A stretch of 43,971 bases of DNA from a virus (IMGVR_UViG_3300010401_000016:1-43971), one strand, 5' to 3'. Positions 22,365 through 31,608 are shown, numbered from the stretch's first letter. Notes: generated by a model from the sequence alone, not told the origin. Made by a program: numbers and translations.

Positions 22365-23625
22365 CAAAGATTTAAACGATGTGACGGTAGCTCAACTAGA
22401 AGAGCGTGTCCCTGTGAAGGATGAGGTTGTGAGTGCAAATCTCACCCGTCACCCCGAAAATAAAATCTTATCATGGTGTCCAGATATTGAAGCTGAAGCA
22501 AAGATCCAGGTTGAAAATGTATCAAAGCTTCCATTTATATTCAAGCATGTAGCTGTTATGCCCGATGCTCATGCAGGAAAAGGTTCAACAGTTGGAACCG
22601 TAATAGCCACAAAAGGAGCTATTATCCCAGCTTGCGTCGGCGTTGATATTGGTTGTGGAATGATGGCTGCAAAAATTCCTTTTAAAATCGATGCTTTCAC
22701 AGACTTAGCAAAACTTCGTGCAAGTATCGAGCGATCAGTTCCTGTTGGCTTTGCCGGAAAACAACATCTCACAGACAATATGGCAGAGGCATTCAAAAGA
22801 ATCTTTACTGAGGAAAATCATTCCCTCTCTGATGCAACAATAAATAGTATTGGTAATATGCATGATCATGCCTTGAAGATTGGTTCATTGGGCGGTGGAA
22901 ATCATTTTATTGAGTTGTGTTTTGACCAGAACAATGATACCTGGATCATGCTTCATAGTGGATCCAGAAATTTCGGAAACAAAATTGCAAATCTTCATAT
23001 CAATGTTGCTAAAGGTGTGATGAAAAGATATTTTATTGATGGCACACTTCCAGATGAAGACCTTTCTTATTTGGTTCGCAATACTCCAGAGTATGATGCA
23101 TATGTAAATGATTTGATGATTGCTCAACGATACGCGATGGAAAATCGTAATCTGATGATGCAAATGGTTTTGAAAGATGTTGGATTTCATCTTGGATTGG
23201 GAATGCCAGTGACACCTATTATGAGTGTAAATTGTCATCACAACTATAGCTCTCTTGAGAACCATATGGGTTCAAATGTTATTGTAACCCGAAAAGGTGC
23301 AGTATCAGCTAGAGAAGGTGAACTTGGAATCATTCCAGGATCTATGGGAGCAAAATCATTCATTGTAAAAGGCAAGGGAAATGTCGCTTCATTTTGTTCA
23401 TGTTCTCATGGAGCAGGACGTAAAATGAGTCGCAATAAAGCCAACAGAACATTTACAGTTGAGGATGTTGCCGAACAAACCAAAGGTGTTGAATGCAAAA
23501 AAGACTCTAGTGTAATTGACGAAATTCCTGGAGCATACAAAGATATTGATCAGGTTATGGCAAACCAATCTGATCTTGTAGAAGTTTTGTTCACACTTAA
23601 ACAAGTTCTTTGCGTGAAAGGATAA
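22354..23625 (+). CDS. rtcB: RtcB-family RNA 3'-phosphate/5'-OH ligase.
   Basis: Canonical motifs are present: MPDAHAGKGSTVG, GVDIGCGM, GGGNHFIEL, HSGSRNFG, NCHHNY, IPGSMG and SCSHGAGR. Confidence 0.95.
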   Translation: MEDNKDLNDVTVAQLEERVPVKDEVVSANLTRHPENKILSWCPDIEAEAKIQVENVSKLPFIFKHVAVMPDAHAGKGSTVGTVIATKGAIIPACVGVDIGCGMMAAKIPFKIDAFTDLAKLRASIERSVPVGFAGKQHLTDNMAEAFKRIFTEENHSLSDATINSIGNMHDHALKIGSLGGGNHFIELCFDQNNDTWIMLHSGSRNFGNKIANLHINVAKGVMKRYFIDGTLPDEDLSYLVRNTPEYDAYVNDLMIAQRYAMENRNLMMQMVLKDVGFHLGLGMPVTPIMSVNCHHNYSSLENHMGSNVIVTRKGAVSAREGELGIIPGSMGAKSFIVKGKGNVASFCSCSHGAGRKMSRNKANRTFTVEDVAEQTKGVECKKDSSVIDEIPGAYKDIDQVMANQSDLVEVLFTLKQVLCVKG

Positions 23626-23628
23626 TGA

Positions 23629-23699
23629 GATAGATAATACACATTAAAGTAGTTATTAACGCTTAATGTGATAGATAATACCCATTATAACAGTTATTA
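23629..23699 (+). repeat. Imperfect 30-bp direct repeat (period 41 bp) downstream of rtcB, a candidate regulatory element.
   Basis: GATAGATAATACaCATTAaagtAGTTATTA (23629-58) against GATAGATAATACcCATTAtaacAGTTATTA (23670-99), 26 of 30 identical. An inverted repeat CACATTAA/TTAATGTG (23640-47 and 23663-70) lies between the copies. Confidence 0.6.
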
Positions 23700-23908
23700 T
23701 GCCACGATACGATTACAAATGTCCAAAATGTGAAACCATCAGAGAGGTTGAACACTCTATCAAAGATGATCCTATTATCGTTTGCCAAGAAGACGGCGAA
23801 GAAATGAAACGAGTTCCATGTTCAACGAGTTTTAAATTACGTGGTGAGGGCTGGACTGGACACTCCAAAAAACATGCTCCACCGTGGAAACCAGGGATGA
23901 AAAGATGA
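23699..23908 (+). CDS. FmdB-family zinc-ribbon protein.
   Basis: MPRYDYKCPKCETIREVEHSIKDDPIIVCQEDGEEMKRV matches the FmdB/CxxC_CxxC_SSSS signature. Confidence 0.8.
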   Translation: MPRYDYKCPKCETIREVEHSIKDDPIIVCQEDGEEMKRVPCSTSFKLRGEGWTGHSKKHAPPWKPGMKR

Positions 23909-24249
23909 CAATCAAAAGAAACTTAAACAATGTTGTATCAGTAAAAGCTGAATTGGTTACGACTCGTGGAAAGCATCCATCATGGTATGCTTGCAGAGTT
24001 GGGTACAATGCAGAGGACTGCAAAAAACGTGCCGAACTGGTTTGTCGCAAAGGAACTAAGGGAACAATTTTTATTGGTAAATCAGAATTTGACAACATGC
24101 GAGTTTATGCCTTTGTTGTCGGGAACTTAACCAAGTTTAAGGAAAAAAATTCAAAATTTAAATGGACGAAAAAAGAATCCTATGAAGTTGTTACTGAGGC
24201 TCCGAAAGAGCTTCCACTGGTAATGGCTCGTGATACTGCAAAAACTTAA
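23905..24249 (+). CDS. Hypothetical protein (114 aa). The start is refined from the track value.
   Basis: ATG at 23905 overlaps the previous stop as ATGA (MTIKRNLNN...). Confidence 0.5.
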   Translation: MTIKRNLNNVVSVKAELVTTRGKHPSWYACRVGYNAEDCKKRAELVCRKGTKGTIFIGKSEFDNMRVYAFVVGNLTKFKEKNSKFKWTKKESYEVVTEAPKELPLVMARDTAKT

Positions 24250-24257
24250 AATAAGTG

Positions 24258-24286
24258 TTGACCCAGGAAACGCGATTTGATAGGAT
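24258..24286 (+). promoter_or_regulatory. Sigma70-like promoter with a conventional Shine-Dalgarno-containing leader.
   Basis: TTGACC (24258-63), N17, TAGGAT (24281-86), then AAAGGAAG and ATGATG (24303). Confidence 0.55.
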
Positions 24287-24302
24287 CTTTAAAAGGAAGT
24301 GA

Positions 24303-24608
24303 ATGATGAAAATAACCCGTCGAGAATTCATTCTGGAAGATCATATGGAACTTATCCCTGAGCAAGAAATTGCCCGAAAGAAAGTTCGTACAAAGAAACG
24401 CAAAGCCTTTCCAAAGGTTCGTCGTGTAGCAGGTTCAGCAGTATTCAAAGAAATTGCCAGTGAAAAGTATGTGGTTGAATCCTACACCTACAAAAAAGAG
24501 GGAATCAAAATCACCAGAGTCTACAAAAAAGATGTGGACATCTCAGACGAATTCTGCACCAGAACAATTAATAAGTTTATAAATCAAAAAATAGAGGTAA
24601 CGCGATGA
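24303..24608 (+). CDS. Hypothetical basic protein (101 aa).
   Basis: Track ORF with an AAGGAAG Shine-Dalgarno site. Confidence 0.55.
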   Translation: MMKITRREFILEDHMELIPEQEIARKKVRTKKRKAFPKVRRVAGSAVFKEIASEKYVVESYTYKKEGIKITRVYKKDVDISDEFCTRTINKFINQKIEVTR

Positions 24609-24943
24609 ATAGACATGATAGACTACAATTCTTTTTAAATAACTTAAAACCGAACAAGAAAAATGGTGTTTATGTTGTTGAGAGAAAACACGCTGTAAAA
24701 TTTGTTGAGGCCATGCTAAGTAAAATCAACGATGATATTTCTCATTATTGGGATAAAGCAGACCTGATTCGTAATACAGCTTTTATCCTGAACAAAGATG
24801 GAAAAAGACTTATAAAACTTTTCGATGCAAAAGTTGAAGAGCTGAGAACTCAGAGAAAAAATCTGCAAGATAAAGTTATCTACATGGTTATCTATAAATA
24901 TAAAAATGTGAAATTCGGTTCATATTTGATTAGGGGAATGTAA
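24605..24943 (+). CDS. Hypothetical protein (112 aa).
   Basis: Track ORF with an ATGA overlap. Confidence 0.55.
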   Translation: MNRHDRLQFFLNNLKPNKKNGVYVVERKHAVKFVEAMLSKINDDISHYWDKADLIRNTAFILNKDGKRLIKLFDAKVEELRTQRKNLQDKVIYMVIYKYKNVKFGSYLIRGM

Positions 24944-25683
24944 TGCCAAATTTAATATCAGCACAATTACCAAAGCGTTTCAAGCTACTTCAAAATTCAG
25001 AATCAGGAACAGGTAAAACAACTCGTTCCCTCTCTGCAACTCAATTTGGAAAAGTCTATGTATTCGATACAGATGAAAAACTGGTATTGACAGCAGAAGA
25101 ACTTGATCCTGAAGTCAAAAAATTAGTTGATTATGATGTTTATGTCGATGAGTTGAAAATGAACATGATCTCCAAGAAATTGGAAGTTTCATCTTATGGA
25201 TTCAATAAGGTGATGGCAAAGATCCAGGAATTGAAAAAAGACTGTCCATACAATACGATTGTATTAGATACGTGGTCAAGAATGTTCGACATGATGGACT
25301 CAAAATTCTGTGGTGGAAAAGTTAAAAAAGATTTTGATGACTGGGGACTACTGCTTCGTGAACAACTTGAGTTCTTGAATAATCTGTTCGCTATTAATGC
25401 GAATATTATTATTAATGCTCATATCGGATCCAAAGAGAACAAAGTGGGACGTGATGTTTTGACTGTTGGAACTCCTGGACAGTTCGGAACCAAGATGCCT
25501 GAGTTTTTTAATGAGACTCATTATTTGTTCTATGATACACTTTCAAAGAAGTACAAGGCTCAAGGGAAGTATCCTGCAAATGTAGTTTGCAATTCTGCTT
25601 TGCCCTTGGACTTGTTTGATGATAAAGGTTGTTTTTTAAAATCAGATCTGTCAATTTTTGAAAAGATCGCAAAGAAAGACTAA
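24943..25683 (+). CDS. AAA_24 / Sak4-like RecA-fold ATPase.
   Basis: Walker A NSESGTGKTT and Walker B IVLDTWS. The size and context (upstream of an SSB-like gene) are typical of phage Sak4-like proteins. Confidence 0.7.
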   Translation: MPNLISAQLPKRFKLLQNSESGTGKTTRSLSATQFGKVYVFDTDEKLVLTAEELDPEVKKLVDYDVYVDELKMNMISKKLEVSSYGFNKVMAKIQELKKDCPYNTIVLDTWSRMFDMMDSKFCGGKVKKDFDDWGLLLREQLEFLNNLFAINANIIINAHIGSKENKVGRDVLTVGTPGQFGTKMPEFFNETHYLFYDTLSKKYKAQGKYPANVVCNSALPLDLFDDKGCFLKSDLSIFEKIAKKD

Positions 25684-25684
25684 G

Positions 25685-26029
25685 ATGACATACGATGAAT
25701 CGTGGAAAAAAGACAAAACAATTCAGGTCGATTTACTATTACATCAAGTCAGCAGTGGTTTGGCTGATCTACACGATAACCTTGAAAGTCTGCAAGATGT
25801 TTACTATGTTGAATCCATAATCAGACAAGCAACAGAACTCAAACGAAGATTGAATGAAAAGTTTTTGTTGGATTCTGGAGACATTGTTCGATATGTTCAA
25901 GGTCGCATTAGAAAGCTTGAGACTGAGGCACACACCATGAGTGGTAAAAGAGTTGCATCAATTGGTCACACTCTTGATGAACTTGAAGACTTGGTGGATC
26001 GTATTAAGAAAAGACCAGAGGAGAATTAA
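25685..26029 (+). CDS. Hypothetical protein (114 aa). The start is refined from the track value.
   Basis: First ATG at 25685 (MTYDESWKKD...). Confidence 0.5.
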   Translation: MTYDESWKKDKTIQVDLLLHQVSSGLADLHDNLESLQDVYYVESIIRQATELKRRLNEKFLLDSGDIVRYVQGRIRKLETEAHTMSGKRVASIGHTLDELEDLVDRIKKRPEEN

Positions 26030-26233
26030 ATGGAAGTCACTCTTGAAAGAATTACTGGTATCCTGGCTGTCAAAGGTCACGATCCTATCAACTACGAGTA
26101 TTATATTAAGACCAGAACAATGATTTTCGGATTGGGATCTGAGAAACTTTCAAGCGATACCAAAGATAAAATTTATAGAACTATTCAAGTTGCTGTTGAA
26201 AACACTCCTGAAAAAGTTATAAGCTATGAGTGA
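26030..26233 (+). CDS. Hypothetical protein (67 aa).
   Basis: Track ORF with an AGAGGAGAA Shine-Dalgarno site. Confidence 0.5.
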   Translation: MEVTLERITGILAVKGHDPINYEYYIKTRTMIFGLGSEKLSSDTKDKIYRTIQVAVENTPEKVISYE

Positions 26234-26885
26234 TAAATTTTTAAAAGAGAGAGATCGAGTAATCGATAAGCGCACTGGGACTCAACACTATGTTGATGGT
26301 GTTTTTCCTCATGTTCTTATTCTAAGAAGTTACGATGGTAAAATCTGGCCTGTTGACTGGGAAGATGCAAAAAGAAATTATTTAATACCATATCCAAAAA
26401 ATTGGCCTGTATTTCCAGATTATACAAAGATAAATAGGTCAAACCCACTTCCTTCTTCAATGAACGGCAATTTTAAAATCAATGAGAACACGGATAAAAA
26501 ATGTAATCGTTGTGGCGGCGACACAGAGGTTATCATTGGTCAGTTTCGTAAATGTCCAAAATGTGAAACCACAGAAGAAAAGTTTGAACCCTTTGAACCA
26601 TTGAGAGATCTTTTCGATTTCGATAAGGACGATGAAGAAGCTGAGAATACGAATCCCAATGGATTCAAGATCATAGGCAAACAAGTCACAGCCACTGAAG
26701 TAATTAAAGCACAGAACGATTTTTTCGATTCCCTTGCTTCTATTCCATCTTCAGATATGTTTAAAGGCACTAAGATCGATTGGAATAAATTTGCAGATCT
26801 TTTGAGTGACTCGGATGAGAAACTCGGTAATAATGGTGATACAATTCCTAATATAGATCCAGATGGATCGGATGGGAACGACTGA
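26226..26885 (+). CDS. Zinc-ribbon protein with an acidic C-terminal tail (219 aa).
   Basis: CNRCGGD...CPKCE, followed by a D/E-rich tail (DFDKDDEEAEN..., DPDGSDGND). Confidence 0.55.
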   Translation: MSDKFLKERDRVIDKRTGTQHYVDGVFPHVLILRSYDGKIWPVDWEDAKRNYLIPYPKNWPVFPDYTKINRSNPLPSSMNGNFKINENTDKKCNRCGGDTEVIIGQFRKCPKCETTEEKFEPFEPLRDLFDFDKDDEEAENTNPNGFKIIGKQVTATEVIKAQNDFFDSLASIPSSDMFKGTKIDWNKFADLLSDSDEKLGNNGDTIPNIDPDGSDGND

Positions 26886-26916
26886 AAGTCGTAAAACAAA
26901 AAAGAGGAGAAAAAAC

Positions 26917-27369
26917 ATGAAAGAACGTATAGGTGGCAGAACAGTTTCCAAAGAACTAGCTGATTCACTTGAACCTGATTACACACCAGTGGAAAAGGGC
27001 AAGTATCCGATGGTTATTGTACGTGAATTGACTTATAAGAAGTCACCACGAACAGGAAATTTCTATGCTCAATTGACACTAAAACACGCAACACCAGAGT
27101 TGAAACAAAAAGGTATTGTCACAATGAACTTCACGCAAAATGAAGTTGGTGATAGTCTTTTCTACAACTTCTTGAAAGCAATTGGAGTTCCCAAGGAAAA
27201 CCTTGTGGGATCTTCTTGGGCTGGAACCCAAGTTGATAAAGCAGCTTCTATTGTAGCTGGTGGTGAAGAAGTTTCAATCAAAGGCCGTGAAATCGTTGTA
27301 GGCTTGAAAATCAAGGAATCTACAGACGGTTACCCAGCTAAGAATGAAGTTTCTTATTTCGAAAAATAA
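26917..27369 (+). CDS. DUF669-like putative ssDNA-binding protein. The start is refined from the track value.
   Basis: ATG at 26917 follows AAGAGGAGAA. The size and the position after a Sak4-like ATPase fit the assignment, but the family call is tentative. Confidence 0.4.
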   Translation: MKERIGGRTVSKELADSLEPDYTPVEKGKYPMVIVRELTYKKSPRTGNFYAQLTLKHATPELKQKGIVTMNFTQNEVGDSLFYNFLKAIGVPKENLVGSSWAGTQVDKAASIVAGGEEVSIKGREIVVGLKIKESTDGYPAKNEVSYFEK

Positions 27370-27386
27370 ATTCGATTAAGTTGACT

Positions 27387-27426
27387 GGGGGACAACTTAG
27401 AGAGGGTGAAAGTCCCTCACTCCCCC
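27387..27426 (+). promoter_or_regulatory. Nested intercistronic stem-loop.
   Basis: Outer stem GGGGGA (27387-92) / TCCCCC (27421-26). Inner stem GAGGG (27402-06) / CCCTC (27414-18). No T-tract follows. Confidence 0.45.
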
Positions 27427-27434
27427 GCAAACTT

Positions 27435-27629
27435 ATGACAAAACTTGAGAAAATAAATCTCAGGGCAGCAGCTAAAAAGTTGTACCCAACTCTCTACAGG
27501 GCAACTGTAGATATTGAAACAGGTGATGTATTCGCCCACTATACGGAAAATTGTGGACATTTACAACATCAACACAAAAGAAAAGTCAGGATAAGTAACT
27601 CAAGACTGACAGCAAAAGAGGGAAAATGA
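27435..27629 (+). CDS. Hypothetical protein (64 aa). The start is refined from the track TTG at 27381.
   Basis: First ATG at 27435 (MTKLEKINL...). The upstream TTG start would run through the stem-loop. Confidence 0.4.
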   Translation: MTKLEKINLRAAAKKLYPTLYRATVDIETGDVFAHYTENCGHLQHQHKRKVRISNSRLTAKEGK

Positions 27630-28003
27630 TTGCGATTTTAAAACTGTTCTTAATGTTCATTTCAACCCATGCCTGGAACTATTTCAAGCCTTTTGACCCA
27701 AAAAACACAGCAGCAGCAACAATTGAAGTCGCAGCTTTGAATATGGGCGATCTTTTTATTACTTTGATAGCAATCTATGGGGCCGGAGCAACAGAGGCCA
27801 ATCCTATGATGGCCTGGATCCTCGGTACAAGTTTACTCGCATTTTGTTTGCTCAAAATCCTTGCATCACTTATTTTATATAGAGCAAAGGATGAGAAGCT
27901 TGGAAAGTTTTCAACTTTTGGAATCAGTTTTGATTTGGTAGTTTATCGGACTGTAATTGTTTGGAACATTTTAACATTTATTCAGAAGGTGATTGGACTA
28001 TGA
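27626..28003 (+). CDS. Multi-pass membrane protein (DUF5658-like).
   Basis: Three to four hydrophobic segments and the motif GAGATEANPMMAW. The Shine-Dalgarno site is AGAGGGAAA. Confidence 0.5.
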   Translation: MIAILKLFLMFISTHAWNYFKPFDPKNTAAATIEVAALNMGDLFITLIAIYGAGATEANPMMAWILGTSLLAFCLLKILASLILYRAKDEKLGKFSTFGISFDLVVYRTVIVWNILTFIQKVIGL

Positions 28004-28572
28004 GTGGAACAAAACACGATAAAGGTAAACTAAGACTTGATCTCATTCCCGTCGCAATTCTTAATCAGATTGCAGAAGTCTTTACACATGGAGCTGAAAA
28101 GTATGGAGACAAAAATTGGCAAAAAGGTTTTAATTGGGAGCGTATTGCTGGTGCTGTTCAGCGACATTTTAATGCTTGGCGTATGGGTGAAAACCTTGAT
28201 CCCGAATCTGGTATCAGCCATCTTGCTCATGCCTCAGCAGGTCTTATATTTCTCCAATATTTTCAATTGAAACAAATAGGGGAAGATGACCGAGATATTA
28301 CCCCAATTGAGAAAGAAGTCACCATTACTGGAAATGTAACAGTGAATCAGACAATCGATCAAATTGATTGGACTAAAGATTTACTTCCAGACAGCGACGA
28401 TGACAACATGAAGGTCAGAACTGAAAAACAAACCCATAATGATCTTGTAATCTTAGATCTTATTAGATTAGGAAAAAAATTTACAGAGGCAGAAGTTGAA
28501 ATCATAGGTCATTGGCCTACAGTTTCAATCAAGGCTCATGCAACTATGTTGGCAAATAAAGTAGGAAAATAA
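28000..28572 (+). CDS. dATP/dGTP pyrophosphohydrolase-like protein (DUF5664-type N-terminal domain). The start is refined from the track value.
   Basis: HDKGKLRLDLIPVAILNQIAEVFTHGAEKYGDKNWQKG...SHLAHASAGLIFL is typical of this phage family. The start overlaps the previous stop as ATGA. Confidence 0.6.
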   Translation: MSGTKHDKGKLRLDLIPVAILNQIAEVFTHGAEKYGDKNWQKGFNWERIAGAVQRHFNAWRMGENLDPESGISHLAHASAGLIFLQYFQLKQIGEDDRDITPIEKEVTITGNVTVNQTIDQIDWTKDLLPDSDDDNMKVRTEKQTHNDLVILDLIRLGKKFTEAEVEIIGHWPTVSIKAHATMLANKVGK

Positions 28573-30959
28573 TGCGACCAATCTACATTTATGGTGTGAC
28601 AGCAACAGAACAAGAGAAACGACTCTTGAAGGCTGGTATGCGTGATGCTGGAATTGAAAATGCAGAGATTGCATACAAAAAAATTGAAGATCCAAATGCA
28701 GTTATTGTAACCCTGGGGGATCAAGCACTTCGCGTTTATACCTACAAGATCAACACAGCTCAGGGTCATGGATATGTTTTAAAAGAAGAGGGAAAACCGA
28801 CGATTATTCCTTGCATTCATCCCTCGATTGTATGCAAAACTTTAGAAGATTATATCTATTTTGTTTGGTCATTTCAAAAAGCGAAAATGGTCGCTGATGG
28901 TGAAGAGTCGCCACAAAGAACATTTATAATCAAACCTACATTTGAACAGACCCTTGAATACATTGATGGGGCAATGAACTCTGAAAAGATCTGCCTGGAT
29001 ATAGAAAAAGAAATTTATGGTGAGCAGCGAATGACCTGCTTGGGTATTGCGACATCACCAACTTCAGCTATTGCTATTCCATTTTGGGCAGGTACTTCAA
29101 ACTATTGGAATGAAGATCAGGAAAGAGTGATTCGTGAAAAATTGAAAGCTTTGCTTGGATCTCCAAAAATTGTGAAGATCATTCACAACTATATATTTGA
29201 TACGCTTTGCTTGGATTTTTTATACGATATTAAAGTTGAGTTTCCAATTTATGATACGATGCTGGCAGCACACATTCTGCACCCAAATTTGAAAAAGGGA
29301 TTGAAAGAACTTGCCAGACTCTACACATTTGTTGAGCCTTGGAAGGGTGGACAAGATTGGTCAGCAAAAAATAATATTCATGATCTCTGGTACTACAATG
29401 CTCAGGATACGGCGATCACATTTGAGATCTACGAAAAGATCACAAAGATAATGAAAGAAGATGGATTTGATGCTGTGTATGAAAAACGAGTAGCACAAGT
29501 TATGCCTCTTGTTTATGAAGCTTGCAGAACTGGTGTAACTGTTGATAAAGAAGAGATGGTAAGAGTTCGTGAGCGAATGAGCAATATTTTGAATCCCACT
29601 GATGCGAGACTCACAGAGCTTGCATCAAGTTTGATTCCAGCAAAGGAGAAATATGTCCAACGTAAGCTTAGGAAAGCTGGTGTCCAATATTATCAAGGAA
29701 TCGGAGAGCCGACATACACCCATACCGCGAAAGGTATTGTTAAAGATGTTGAATACAAGTCATACGAAAGTATTACAATCGATCCAAGCGTCAAATCATT
29801 CAAAGACTTTGACAGACCAGTATTTGAACTGGTTAAAACCACAATCACATACAACCCCAACTCCATCATGCAAATGCGAACTGTACTTGACGCTGCTGGA
29901 ATTGATTTGCCTACAAAAATCGACAAAAAAACATACGACAACAAAATAGACACTGGTCATATTGCGATGTTGAAAATCGCTCGTAAATATCCTGGAAACG
30001 AATTGATCAATCTTTATTTGAATCGAGGGAAAGCTTCCAAGATTAAAAACACGTATTCACAACTGGATCTTGATGAGGATGGTCGATTCAGATTTTCAAT
30101 CAATATTGCCGGAACAAAGTCTGCTCGGTTCTCAAGTTCCAAAACACCTTGGAAGACTGGTGGAAATATTCAGAATATGCCACGAGAAGGACATGAAAGC
30201 GAATACTCAGTTCGTCAGATGTTTGTTCCCTCTCCTGGGTACACAGATTTAGTTCAAGTGGACTTGAAAGCTGCTGAGGCACGAGTAGTTGCTTGGTTGT
30301 CAGGTGATGAACACGTTCAAGGAATTTTTGATCGGGATGAGGATATTCACGTAGATACTGCCAATGCAATATATGGTGAAGACATCACAGTTCATGATAA
30401 GGAATCTGAGATCTTCAATGAAAAAAGATACATGGGTAAAATGGCGAATCACGCTCTTGCTTATGGTATGGGACCATATTTGTTCTCCAATAAGATCCTG
30501 GAAGAAACTGGTAAAGCAATTTCGATTGCTGAAGCTAAAGAAATCATTGAAAGATATTTTGAAGCTCGATGGAAAATGCGGGAATGGCACAGATCCATAG
30601 AGAGGGAATTAAATGTTAATAAATGTTTGGTAAGTCCTCATGGTCGTAAGATTTCATTCTATGGCAGAGTCGATGACAAAGTTGTTCGGGAAGCTTTATC
30701 CTGGATTCCTCAATGTGTTGTAGCTGATTCACTGAATGAGGCTTGGGTAAACTTTGCCTGGATAACCAACACAGTAAAAAATAAACATCGAGTATTGATG
30801 CAAGGCCATGATTCACTTTTGATTGAAACCAATGATGTTGAAGAGTGTAAAGAATTTATCAACACAGCTTTTAAAGTTGTGAAGTTCAATTTGAACGGAG
30901 AGGAACGTCAGATCCCTTGGGATATTAAAGTGGGGCCAAATTGGAGAGATCTAAAATGA
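28572..30959 (+). CDS. Family A DNA polymerase with a 3'-5' exonuclease domain and a degenerate UDG-like N-terminal domain.
   Basis: Exo I LDIEKE, Exo II NYIFDTLCL, Exo III YYNAQDTAIT. Pol motif A is DLVQVDLKAAEARV, motif B is RYMGKMANHALAYGMG, and motif C is QGHDSLLIE. The N-terminus ends ...IPCIHPS, like family 4 UDG. Confidence 0.93.
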   Translation: MRPIYIYGVTATEQEKRLLKAGMRDAGIENAEIAYKKIEDPNAVIVTLGDQALRVYTYKINTAQGHGYVLKEEGKPTIIPCIHPSIVCKTLEDYIYFVWSFQKAKMVADGEESPQRTFIIKPTFEQTLEYIDGAMNSEKICLDIEKEIYGEQRMTCLGIATSPTSAIAIPFWAGTSNYWNEDQERVIREKLKALLGSPKIVKIIHNYIFDTLCLDFLYDIKVEFPIYDTMLAAHILHPNLKKGLKELARLYTFVEPWKGGQDWSAKNNIHDLWYYNAQDTAITFEIYEKITKIMKEDGFDAVYEKRVAQVMPLVYEACRTGVTVDKEEMVRVRERMSNILNPTDARLTELASSLIPAKEKYVQRKLRKAGVQYYQGIGEPTYTHTAKGIVKDVEYKSYESITIDPSVKSFKDFDRPVFELVKTTITYNPNSIMQMRTVLDAAGIDLPTKIDKKTYDNKIDTGHIAMLKIARKYPGNELINLYLNRGKASKIKNTYSQLDLDEDGRFRFSINIAGTKSARFSSSKTPWKTGGNIQNMPREGHESEYSVRQMFVPSPGYTDLVQVDLKAAEARVVAWLSGDEHVQGIFDRDEDIHVDTANAIYGEDITVHDKESEIFNEKRYMGKMANHALAYGMGPYLFSNKILEETGKAISIAEAKEIIERYFEARWKMREWHRSIERELNVNKCLVSPHGRKISFYGRVDDKVVREALSWIPQCVVADSLNEAWVNFAWITNTVKNKHRVLMQGHDSLLIETNDVEECKEFINTAFKVVKFNLNGEERQIPWDIKVGPNWRDLK

Positions 30960-31327
30960 AGACTAAGATCAAAAAGACTGACTGGATTTATTTCGATGTC
31001 GATGATACACTTGTCATGTGGCATCAGCCTGAAGGCTATTCCCTTGAGGATGCAGAGTACATTCAGGATCCTTATATTGAGGGTGAAAGAGGTATTCATA
31101 AACTGTTTCCACATAAGAAACATATTGAACTTCTAAAGATGTTTGCTGCTCGTGGAACCAATGTAGTTGTATGGAGTGCTGGTGGATATGAATGGGCAAA
31201 GGCAGTTGTGGATCATTTGAAGATCAATAAGTATGTTGTAGCTGTTCTTGAAAAACCTGCGACATACTATGATGATGACACACCAGATGTTTGGCTTGGA
31301 AAAACCCCTCGATGGAGTAAACCTTGA
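30956..31327 (+). CDS. HAD-superfamily hydrolase-like protein. The start is refined from the track value.
   Basis: Motif I is IYFDVDDTL. The ATG at 30956 overlaps the polymerase stop as ATGA. Confidence 0.6.
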   Translation: MKTKIKKTDWIYFDVDDTLVMWHQPEGYSLEDAEYIQDPYIEGERGIHKLFPHKKHIELLKMFAARGTNVVVWSAGGYEWAKAVVDHLKINKYVVAVLEKPATYYDDDTPDVWLGKTPRWSKP

Positions 31328-31608
31328 TTGAGGTCAAAACATTAACAGAATTTAATGGATACCTATTCTATATTGAAAATGTAGATTGGATCTGTTTTTA
31401 TCAATTCTGCATCAGCCACGCAATTGAAGTTTATGATTACATGGTTGTTGATCTGTATTTCTCACCTGAATCTCATATAAGAATTGATACCAGAAATTTG
31501 ACGTATGAACCTGATGCTTATGAAAGGCTTTGTAGACTGCTGCATAAAAACGGACTCTTAAAAAAAGATATGATAGAATGTTTGAAGTGGTTGAATGAAA
31601 AAAGATGA
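31324..31608 (+). CDS. Hypothetical protein (94 aa, TTG start).
   Basis: Track ORF overlapping its neighbours at both ends. Confidence 0.4.
   Translation: MIEVKTLTEFNGYLFYIENVDWICFYQFCISHAIEVYDYMVVDLYFSPESHIRIDTRNLTYEPDAYERLCRLLHKNGLLKKDMIECLKWLNEKR

Noticed and set aside
27381-27434. The TTG start of track ORF 27381..27629, and TTGACT at 27381 as a -35 box.
   Set aside because: The N-terminal 18 codons would run through the GGGGGA/TCCCCC stem-loop, and an ATG at 27435 is available. No -10 hexamer lies at proper spacing from TTGACT.
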